DNA of 55,763 nt, counting the filler, from Catajapyx aquilonaris (lineage: Eukaryota), in assembly GCA_000934665.2 (NCBI GenBank). It is 2 parts of 2 records of this genome, joined end to end, with 100 filler letters (N's around TTAATTAATTAA, not from the genome) between each part and the next. Parts side by side here need not be neighbours in the genome. Positions count along the whole stretch, not along the records: positions 1 to 27,808 come from JYFJ02004992.1; 1 more part is not named here. The stretch is one strand, 5' to 3'. Both the position numbers and the translations under genes were made by a program. Position 1 is the stretch's first letter. The number at the start of each line of letters is the position of its first letter. The notes beneath the pieces are model-generated. The model had not been told where the DNA came from. It was given only the letters and a program-made list of their open reading frames with translations, and did no database searches. Positions 13,214 to 24,500 of the stretch are shown here, piece after piece.

Positions 13214-13437
13214 GAGTTCTTGCAAATAATGGTGCACTATTGGAAAAGCCCCTAGGATTTCGTGTATTGAGCTTTACTGCTGAAGAATTTCAACTTAATA
13301 CCCCCTTTTTTCTATGCTACAGCCGCCATGTTGTTGTGGACAGAAAGCGCGGGTCTGGCGCTTGCTTGTGATTGGTGCATTCTGATGATTCTAATTCTGT
13401 GTGCGCCATTTTGATGGCTTAGGCCTGTACATGTTCC

Positions 13438-13800
13438 TAGGATCAAAAAGTTCCCCTAATTACCGATTACTCCATTTACTCGTCTACCGTGAGAAGTAGA
13501 TACACGTACTTTTAGGTGTATGGCGTGTATCAGCACAAAATTACAGTATTCTAATGAATAAGTTTTAGTTTTAGTGGTATTGTGTCCTGTGTAAGTTTGA
13601 ATAATATGTGTCGCATGCGGTTTTGTGACCAAGTCGCACGTCTTCTACTCAATCCCACAATGGCCGCGTAAATATTCGTGCAAAAATATGTGCGTGTGTA
13701 TAGTAGCCTAAAAATCACTAATCAATCTAGGCCATAAGCACACAGGGCTTGAGTCCAAATTGCCTTTCAAGTGTGGTCAAATGTCGGTATCGGTTGAATA
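13438..13800. mobile_element. Partial copy of the TIR element at 49958-50826
   Basis: Shares taggatcaaaaagttccc...agaagtaga and taggccataagcaca...aattgcctttcaagtgtggtcaa with 49958-50280. Confidence 0.7.
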
Positions 13801-14262
13801 TCATGCCCGTGAATTTTTTACTCCTGATATAACAGACTAATTTTTCATTTCACGGTTGTTTGGGCATAACATAAGGTCAATAAGGAGGAATAAGGAGTGA
13901 AAAGGAAGAGATGCAGAAAAATGAAAACAGGAAATGAAAAAAAAAACGGGTTCACAATGGGACGCGAACCGTGGTGGACCCTGTGATCTATAGACGGAGC
14001 GTGGGTCATGCGCCACATTTAATTGCTAATTACTCTAAATTTCTTGAGAGCAGATGTAACCGATCATCTTGCCGATCATCGAGCATATTGGCATAACTGT
14101 TATTGCTCAGGAAAAAAGCCATTCTTTAAGCAGCTATTTATCCGTTATTTTCGGCCCAAATAGTTTTTGGCTGCCTTTTTGAATCCGACGCGGTAGATGG
14201 TTTAGCAGCTAATTATTTGGGGAAAGAGTATGGTGTACCAACCTAACATATCCTAACCTAAC

Positions 14263-14360
14263 CTTTCCTTCCTTCCTTGCGGATACAGACCTATCAAAGG
14301 ATACACGGCTGTCTTTATCCTCAGCGCCAACCGCGTCGGATTCAAAATGGCGGACAAAAC
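14263..14360 (-). promoter_or_regulatory. Probable first (likely 5'UTR) exon and TSS region of the PALB2-like gene, with a YY1-type CCGCCATTTT motif
   Basis: The minus strand reads tccgccattttgaa (~14341-14354), followed by donor GGAAAG|gttagg at 14263/14262, which is phase-compatible with the 11898 acceptor. The region is CpG-richer and lies about 1.1 kb from the eRF3 ATG on the opposite strand. Confidence 0.45.
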
Positions 14361-15519
14361 CGACTTGGGTCGAATATAACATATACATAGCTGCGTAAAG
14401 AATGGCTATTTTTCCTAAGCAATAACAGTTATCCCAATATGCCCTCTCATCGCGTCTCTCATCCGAGCTCTCATCGGTTTTATTACATCTACGATCTACC
14501 AAGAGCTGCATCTACCCACACAATGTCTTGTATAGGCTATGCTATCTAATTTAGCATTTTGCAACATGGTGTGTGTACCTATTCTCATTATTTTTAAGCA
14601 TCATTCCTCCATGCATGTTCCATTGTTCGGGTTATTATTTTCAGACTTGGCGTAAAGACCTGCTTATTTGAATCGGCTGGTGTGAACATCTTTGATGATC
14701 TGCCGCAACGGGCGCTAGTCTTCAAGTAGACGCACGAGCGAGTAGTGGGCGCCATGCCAGCTTCATTTCAGTCACTCATCACCTCATTTTTAAGGACGGG
14801 GTCAAACGGGGTACACAACAGAACTGTACCACCGTGTCTAAAAGTCGGCCCCGTAAGTTTCAATCTGTCCACTCCCCCGAGGCGCGCCATTGCTCATGGT
14901 AAAAAGTTTTCCGTTCCATCCACAGTGGTCCACAGCCATCCATGTTAGAGAGACCCTCCAACATGTCCCTCCATCTAGTGGGCCATGCTGTGAAGTAGAG
15001 ATCCTGGCGAAGCATGGCCCTGATTTGAACCCCCCGCCAGCTGCCGGGTGGTGGACGACCCCGCCCGACTTCCGTAGTGGGCACAACGGGAAGCAGCCGT
15101 GCAGTGTGACGTTCCTTCCGTGAAACGTCTCCCAGGCCTAGTCTCACTCTCGCGCTCGGCAGTGGAGGCGAGGAAGGACCAGCCTGGCTTGGACGACGTA
15201 CCTCGTTCCTCTCTAGAAGTAGCCCGCCTCTCGCCAGCCGCACGGATTGCCCCCCCTGCCTGCACACCCCACTCGCTCCCTAGTAGGCGAGCTCTTTTCC
15301 ACTCCGGACGGCACCCACCTCCAACAGCCGATCGAGTGGGGCCACACGCACACACCACCCCTGCCTTTCTTTTCCCCCCTCCCCCACATTCCTTTTTTTT
15401 AAAGACTTGCCCTTTCCCTTACTATTATTATTTTTGCATTGCGAGCTCCTCGTAGGATCAGGCCCCGAGTGGAGGCGGGGCGCCGGAGGTAGTTGCAAGC
15501 CTGGCCCGCGGGCAAGAGT

Positions 15520-18500
15520 ATGGCAAGCAGCGGAACGGAGGCCAAGCAGCCGACTGGAACCAGCAACGGAGTCCCAGACTCCTGGGAGCAGATTCACGTG
15601 GACGGTGAGGCGGAGGAAGGAGGAGGAGGGGGAGGTAAAGGAGGAGGAGGAGGCGAAGGAGGCGGTGGAGGAGGAAACACCACTGGTAAAAGCGGGAGTC
15701 ACTCTTCGACCCCAACCACACCGGAGAAGAAATTGGTGCAGTCGTCACCTGCCAGGTCACCCAAGGGACAGGCCAAACCAGCAGCTTCGGACGACGATAG
15801 CCTGGCAGCAAAGTTCTCTACGCTCAACGTCAACGCAGCCGAGTTCGTGCCTTCCTTTCTCAAGCCCTCCGCCGACGGGGAGGACGAAAACTCACCCACA
15901 GAATCACCCACACCTACAGGTCTGCATTGTTGTCGGTGCTGTTCCTGCTACAACTCGCGACTGTTCTAATGCTAGGCAACCATGACTTGCCATATGGTTG
16001 CACATAATTATTGAGTAATGGGCATGGGTTCTAGAATGTTTTACTATGCATGCACCTCTTCACTTAGATACCACGAGGTTATACTAGTGGTAGGCAATGT
16101 ATATTGCCGTGTCAGTGCTTTTGATTATGCAGATAATTGGGGTGTGTATTTAAATCAATTGGTGACATCTTAACCCTGGAACCGTGCCGTACCTGAAAGT
16201 TACGTTAACCGTGCCATGGGGTCTTTTAGGACCCCACGCCGTATTTTAATTTTTATATAATACTTTTCAATGTATTGACTATATGCAATAATTCTTTGAA
16301 CAATGCCTGAAATGATTGCTGATTCAAAATAAACATGCACTTCCTGTTATATAGCCTACTTTTTTTAAATGGCAAACAGTTCATTGTAATTGTAATTTTA
16401 ATGCATTTTAATTCCTTTGGGGTCCGAAAAGACCCCACGGTACGGTTCCAGGGTTAAAGGGACACTCCACTCAAAATACAAGTTGGGTTCTAAAAATCGG
16501 GCAAAAAATCCTGATTCCGAGGGTATAAGCAGTTTTTTTTAGAGACGAACGGTAAGGCCAGTGTGAAAGCTGGAAGTGTGTCGTTCGAAAACCGCGCGCG
16601 GGGAAGGTGGGCGCAGGTCGCGACGCCACCAGAGTGGNTGCAGCATGCACATGGATTTCTTGTTGATTTTATTGCTCAGACAAGATGGCAACAGGTGCAT
16701 GCAGGTTCAGTCTCCCCCAGTGTGATATGCACAAGCACATTCCCTGTGCACATGGTAGCCAATCCCAGACCCCATGGATAGTCATGCAGGACATCCCTGT
16801 TACCACAAACATGTGCAGGCAGAATGTAAACTCTTGCACAAGTTTGACTTGAGCACACGAGTTGGAGTTGCAAGCAGATATAGACCTTTAAAGAAGTACT
16901 GAATGGCAAGTTGTCTCTAAAAATCAGGCAAAAACTCGTACTTCTTTGGCTGCAATAGTCTATGTTTCTCTGAATTCAAGGTTATCCTTGAGCACGAGGT
17001 CAAAATTGAAGAAATATCCACCATATGGTATAGTTGGTTCTTCAGGTGATTGGAAAGCCAGTGTTTAGGAAAGAGGGTTGCAACCCAAACCTAGTCACTA
17101 GGGAGATAATGGCCTAAATTTGGGAGGTAGTCAACTCACAGATTATCTTTTTGGAGCAGGGATTGCCAGATGAAGCCAAATTTGTCTCTTACCATCTTAC
17201 TAACCACGTATGCATAGTGGTGGTACTAGTATGCAGACAGTATCTTCCCAGCTGATTTATATCTCACAGCCCAAAGCTATTGCACCATCAGAATTATGAT
17301 TTTTTTGCCCAATTTTTGGAGCTTGACTTGTCAAACACATTCAGTTAAACATTAAATAGAGAGTTGGTACAGTACCAATTTTTGTGCTCCCAATGGTATC
17401 TCCACCTTGACGTGAGGGCATGGGTTGTGTTTCTGTGACAACCTTCAGAGGTACATTGCCACTGGCTTTGTCTACTGGCAAGCTGGAAAGGTCTTTTAAG
17501 TGTAGGAGACACAAAGAGAGCTACCAGTCTTTGTTCTCATCATTTCAACCTCCATTTTGTCCTATCTATCCTGTATATCTTCTAATACCCAACCCAGATA
17601 GCTTTGGTTCCTTCCTACTCAAGCAAACAAATTCAATTTTTGTACTGTTGTTGTGCTGCTAAGGGCTGGATTTGCACAATAGAGTAGCAGATTATTTTTG
17701 GTGCACCTGAGCATGTGGATTCAATGTTGGTCACAAATAAGATGCACTTAGTGGTAAAGAGCTGAAGCAAGTAAAGGCCGTTTCACAGTGTTGTGGGAGC
17801 CGGATGTGTGGAGCATGGAAAACTTGCAAGGAGCTATTCACAAATGTTGTATGTGATGGCCGAGTGCTGGCATCCAATCGGGCGGACTTTCTGCTTGCGA
17901 TTAGTGGGAGGCCCACACTCGCTGCTCTTGCACGCTGAGTTAGTGAAACAGCCTGAAGGCTGTCTGGCTATTATAAGATGCAAGGACTGTACCATATTAA
18001 TTTACAATTTACTTTTTTGCCATGAATACAGGGGTCTTACAGGTTGGCTGATAGGCACACATTATAGATAATCCTCCTGGAGCTGAATGTGCTGGCCCCA
18101 TGGGTGTGGCAGCCTCTTCAGGACCTCCAGTCATGATGATTTGGAGGCAACGGCGCACCCACTCCCAGACAACTGCTCACAGATCAACAATATCCTTGAA
18201 AACGTGGTGTTGGCAAAGGGGTTTTCATGTTTTGGGACACAGAGGGCATCCTCCTCATCAATTGGCTGGAACCGGGCACTACGTCAACTGCCCCACATGT
18301 GTGGCGACCCTCTGTAGCTTGTGGTGTGCCATCCAGAAAAAGCAGTCAGGGAAATGGGCATAACAACATGTGGCCCCGTATGAGACAGGAAACGATGGCC
18401 ACCATTGCCGAGTTTGGGTTCCAGGTGCTTCCACACCTGCCGTACTCCCCTGACCCTGGCCCAAGTGACTTTCATCTGTTCAGAACCATGAAAAAAACCC

Positions 18501-21500
18501 TTTGCTGCTGCCATTTTGAGAACATGGTTGAACTGCAAGCAGTTGTCCAGGAGTGGGTGCACTGCACCTTCAAAACCTGGTTCCTGGAGTGCCCGGAGAG
18601 GCTGACGCACCCATGGTGCCAGTACATTCAGCTCCAGGAGGATTCTATTGATAATGTGTGCCTATCTGCCGACTAATAAGTAATGGTGTAGATTCCATTG
18701 GAGAGATTTGCAAGTTTATTACAGTTTATTGTTGTTGTCATTGCTAACATCTACTTGTGCCATACAGTATCTTATTGCACGGAGCCCCTAGGTCCTTGAC
18801 CCTGTTGGAAATCGCACATGTACCATGCTTGTCAGTCATGACTACCTCGACCGAAATTAGACTAAATGCCTCTGCTAGTGAAAATGCCCTGGCTCACATT
18901 TTATGCACAGTGCATATGGGCTTATTATTCTTGTTGTTACTTTCAGTTGGCACCTTCCATCATATCACTCCCTCTGCAGGTATGCTACAAAATGTCGTTT
19001 GCATGGCAATGAGTGACGTACATCAGAACTTGAAATATAATTGTAGTCAATTGATGTAATTTGGAGCATGTGTGGAAGTATATAATATTTGGTTTTTAAA
19101 TTTCATGCCACAGATCAGCCAGCTGAAGTGCCTGCTGGCATACCAGAAAAGGAAGAGGAGGAAGCAGAGGCAGAGATGAAGTCAACTGACCTGGAAACCA
19201 CTACTGCTGACTCTCCTCCACCCCATGAAGAGGAAGAGGAGGAGGAGGAGGAAAGGAGAGGAGGAGAGGACGATGGTGGTCCTGCTGACAGTTGGGAGGA
19301 TGTTGCAGATGAAGATGAGGAAGTAGGGAGCAGTGGCAGAGGAGGAGGAGAAGATCGAGGAGGGGGCAGTGGGAGTGGGAGTCCGGATGGTGAAGATAAA
19401 GATGGAGGTGATGGGGAAGGAGGAGATGGTGAGGGGGAAGGAGGGGAAGGAGGAGCTGGTGGTGGGGAGGGAGGAGCAAAGGGTGAAGTAAGACCTAAAT
19501 CCAAGGCCAAGAAGGTGAACCGGGCGCCTGAGACCAAGTCGAAGAAGGAGCATGTGAACATTGTGTTCATAGGCCATGTGGATGCGGGAAAGTCAACCAT
19601 TGGAGGGCAGATCATGTACTTGACTGGGATGGTGGACAAGCGGACCCTGGAGAAGTACGAGAGGGAGGCTAAGGAGAAGAACAGGGAGTCCTGGTACCTC
19701 TCATGGGCACTCGACACTAACATCGAAGGTGAACCAAGATCTTTAACAAGCTTAAATTGCACTTAAGCATTGCATAATTATTTATCTAGAAAAATACTTC
19801 TTACCACCTGCTTCACTTACGAGGGTATTGCACTGCTTAGATTATATGTCCCAGCTGAAACTTAGATGGATCTGAGCAACAAGTGCCAGCAGTGTAATAG
19901 TGATGGGTCACACTGGTATATGTGCAGAAGAAACTTTCACAAGTTGTACTCGCAAGTCTCGGGTATCAGGAGTGTACATCTTGCTGGAAACATGAAGGTT
20001 GAGATGGCATCTCAGCCACCTGACTGACCCCATATGTGTTTGATTGAGGGCTTCTGGAGATCCTTGATGCAGTATGAGCCCCAGATCCCTGCTGTCTACT
20101 TTCACAGGCCCCATCTAAATTTTGGCATTAGCAAAATATGGACTGCCAATATGGGGCACATTTCGGTATTTCTTCCCATTCTATCCTCATTCGGCACGCA
20201 GACATCCCAAAATTGCGACTTCTCCTGGCCCCCGGGGTAGTTTGTCCTGCAAGATACACAATGTGTTTGAAAAAATTCATCTGGTGGCACCTATAACTGT
20301 TTACAGAACTTTTGTTTCTAGTACAGTGTTGGACATTAATCGAGTCATACTGCTAGTGACGTTTTCTCAGGCGGCAGAAGAACGAATCTTACTTGCACGG
20401 CTTGCACTGTCCATATCTTCGATTCGTTCTTCTGCCGCTTCGGAAAATGTCGCTAGCAGTATGACTCGATTAATGTCCAACGCTGTACCTCAATTATAAA
20501 CATACAGAGCAGGCCGCTTCAGTATTCTATGCTATATGATGACACCTTGAATTGTGCTTGCTTGAGATGTAGCAAGGCAGTGTAATAGGTACAATTCCTG
20601 AAATATGTAACTTGAAATGTATGGATGATAGTTTTGCTCTTGTATGACATTGCAGGTCTCAGTCTCGTGTTAGCAAGATGCACATTCAATCTGAACAGTG
20701 TAATACCCTCTTTAATGTGAATTCACATGAGGTGCTGGTGGTGGATTTTTTGTTATTTTTTTATTATTTTTGAAGGTATTCCCCTGTCATCTTTCTCAGT
20801 ATTGTTCATGTTGGCAATGAGCTTCAACCTCGCAGAGAACACTGACTGAGGAATGACACCATTTTGAATAAAACGTATGCCATCAGCATATGTTGTGTGA
20901 AGTCAACTTGAATAATACAATTTTTTAACCATAGGGTCTGCCATGTACTAGAAAATTTTTGAATTATTGAGAACGTGAAATTCAGGGTACAGTCTGATGT
21001 GTAGGGAAAGAAGTGTTGGTGATGGAGGTTGAGAATCCTTTATCGAAAATTCGAAAGTGTTTTGAGTTCTGACGTGACATGCCACAAATGGAAACTTTCA
21101 TTACGTGTATTTGTACATGTACAAAATTATTACAAATTAATATAAAACTACCTCCAGGTATGTGTATAACTTGTATTAAGAACTGTATATGAATGACATG
21201 TTGAGGCATTTGTCCCATCCCGAAGTTGTCCAAATTTATAGATGCTTATATACAAATACAGTGAAACCTGTGTTGCGGAATCGCACAGGACCCCAAAAAT
21301 TTTACGTAATGGATAGGTTTCCGATTCATTTGGATCAAGGACGTTGATATTTTTTGCCGGTGAGAAAGAGAGTATAATGGGAGAGCCAAGGGGTAGCAAC
21401 TCCCCAAAAAAGTGTACACCAGATCCTGGAACCGGGAGGTTCCACCCGGTTCCAGGCAGGTTCCAGGCAGGTTCCAAGCTGGTTCCTTGGCCAGTGTGTA

Positions 21501-24500
21501 CACCGGTTCCAGGGAGTTGCTAACCCCTTGGGGAGAGCAAAATAAGCACCTTACCTCAATATGGTAAAATATCAGTCCATGCAGTAGCATTTTTGTGGAA
21601 TAGTCTGTTCTGCCTGGCTTACAACACATCTAAAAAGTGGCAGTTACGTTGCAGTTGAAAATGTCCCCCTTGGAATGCCCCCAAACAAACGCTTCCCACC
21701 TTTTCCTTCCAATTGTCTACTCTTCGAGATTCGCGACACTTGCATCACCACATATGGTTTTCCACAAATTCTGTCCCTGTTGTGGAAACTTTCCAGCCAC
21801 CCAATTGAAGCACTAAATTTTGCCACACCCAAATTTTTGGGCTATTAATCTTGCCCGGTCTATTCGACCATTGGCCTGGAGATGGGAAATATGTTGAGCC
21901 TGTGGCAATCCATTTCTCATCATTTTAAAACTGGACTGAACAGTGAACTAAACAATCTTGAAGGCAGGGCACCTACGAATCACGAGTTACAATCTTCTTG
22001 GCCCTCCTGCAAGCCATCTGTTTTCCAACCAAAAATAGTCCCCTTGCACCAATATCTTCAAGATCATGGGCTGCTAGCAATTCCAGCAATTATGAGAGAC
22101 AGTATGGTGTTGGATGGCCAAGAAAGGGTTACTCGGAGGCCTCCTGGGAGAGCCGAGAGTGAACCCGGCTGTGGTTTTTATTTTTGTGACTCTCAGGAGA
22201 TAATGGGAACCTTTTGATTTCCGTTATGAACATAGATTTTCAATGAAGGGAGACAAAAAATACCTGCCGTTTCCCCATTGGGCAGGTTCCGTAATATCCG
22301 TCAAAACTGACATCGCAAGCCCTATGCATACGTCTGCAATGAATAGGTTTCCACTATACCCTGGGTCCGTAATGGGCAGGTCTCACTCTATTCCAATATC
22401 ACAAGAAATTTGAAACACTCCGGGCCCAAGCATTTCAGATAAAGGATTCTCAACTTGTGGTAAGAAATGGCTGTTAGTGTATGGTACTACTGGAGGTAAA
22501 CCCTCAACTGTTTCTTTGACCTGGTTGTAAGTTATGTAACATCAACAAAATTGACAATTAAGATCACAGATAAATTCAGGGTCTGGTGGTGTGATCACAA
22601 ATTAAGAGAATCTCAGATTATGTGCATGTATTCACCATTGATAGTCAGAATTTTTTTTTCCGTAATTTTAGTTGATGAAGCAGGCCCTTAGTCATTATTC
22701 AGTGGTGTGGAAATGTGAATTAACAGGTTTTGCACAATTTTTTGTTTGTGAGTCATAACTAGGGCATAGATACATTGGAATTTGGAGTTATTACCCACGA
22801 ATCAAAATTCCTGATTGATTTCCTCCTGAAATCCAAAAGTGTGTGTCTTTAATAATCTCTGTGCTTTGGGCCCAAAGGCCTTAGTACTCAGCACATGGTG
22901 GTAGCCCCACCTCTCCATGGCAAGTCATGGTACTTGGAGGTGAAGAGGGGTGTAGCCTAAAATTCACATGGAAATAGAGCTTGTTCTATTGTCAAGAGAT
23001 TTGTTGTAAGCAGTTGTGGGAAAGGTGGAGACTGCAGGTCACATGGAAGATTTGTTCACATGTAACCAGGGGCTATAAAACTGATTGGGGAGAGGTGCCA
23101 AGGTCAAAATGGCATGAACCGAAGCTGCACTACATTTCTGAGATTGGTAGGCTGGGGGTTAGGCCTACCCCCTAGTCTCGTACTCAGTTGCTGTGCCTGT
23201 GCTTCATGCTCCTCAGCTTATGGGACAAGTGACATCACTAACTTTTGTATGAGCCTTTTTCTGCCAGATACTTAAGACCTTCAATGCCAGGCTCACTGCC
23301 CTTCAGTTCTATATAATGGAAACACGGAACCTGGTGGAGGACACCAGGTTGACGACAGTTATTAGGTGAATCAAATGAAACCCGTTCTTGGCGTCTAGAC
23401 TGGAAACTTGCACTGCAGCAAGATAGCACCAATGCCTTCTAAATGCATAGGTAAGAGCCTATGCACGCGTACCAAGAACGCCGCCGCAGCAATCCAAGTC
23501 GGCGTGCATCCTGTCGAGCGTGCCCAAGTGGTTTCAGTGCATTTTTATTCAATTTCCGACGACCGAAGGCAATAGATCTGCGTAAATCCATGGAGAATGC
23601 TCATGGTGTATGCTGCCAGCTGTGTGACAAAGACTATCCTTGTTGAATGGTTCAGGATTCTGAGATGGCAGACAATCCACTGCTGACCTTCCCTGACCAG
23701 GCCAGGCTCAGCCCGCAATCACACTTGCCATTATTACGCATGCGGACCAGCTGATAAGCAGAGATTGTGGGCACATCTTGCTTACTTGGGTGCACAGTTC
23801 AATGTAAGCGTCCTCCGATGGATTTATGCTGCTCTATTGCCTTCGGCCTTGCGAAATTGAATAAAAATGCTCTGATACACTCGACAGTGTGCATGTCGCC
23901 TTGGATTGGCTGCTGCAGGGTTCTTGGTGTCCAAGCGCAGGCTCTTACCTACCCATTTAGAAGGTATTGGTAGTATCTTACTGTGATAGAAATTCCACGT
24001 CCCTGCGTTCAGTAGTATTCTCTCTAGACACCAAGAACGGGTTTCATTTGATTCACCGTAATCCTTAAGACCAACTGATCTCAACTTCGAGCTGAGTGAG
24101 CAACAGGCAAAATAAACTGCTTGCATCCCATCCTGTGATTTTCAAATCGGCAGTCTTTACCTTCAATTGGGGCCATTCATGCAGGATGGGCTCTGTGAGG
24201 CTATGCTGCTGATCTCGTACATGGCCAGTATGTCCCAAACTGTAGTACCTGAGGCTATATTGACCAATCTGGTTGCCATGCTCCTTCCCTTTGGTCGCTG
24301 TGAGTGATCGGTTTCTCTTTGAGTTTGGTTCAAGCAGTCAAGGCCCAGGAGACCTATAAGGAAGAATCCTGTTCTTCACTGACAGGTTATGATCAATCTC
24401 CTCCGCTTCTGACCATATCTGATCTTGTTTGAGTCAACCTTCAGCAACTTGTACTTTGGTCCCAAGTTCTTGTTCTCTCATGAGGGGATATGGGTTGAAA

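Noticed and set aside
14241..14263. (TTAGG)n insect telomere-like repeat
   Set aside because: Only about three degenerate units, overlapping a splice donor (gttaggttagg); not a telomeric array.
16454..16620. Kolobok-like left end TTAA|AGGGACAC next to the piggyBac MITE
   Set aside because: I could not identify a convincing matching right TIR, so it is not called as a feature.
15280..19762. Long antisense or alternate-frame ORFs over eRF3 exons (15280-15702, 15407-15985, 19115-19762)
   Set aside because: Shadow ORFs of GC-rich GGA/GAG low-complexity coding sequence; no independent motifs.
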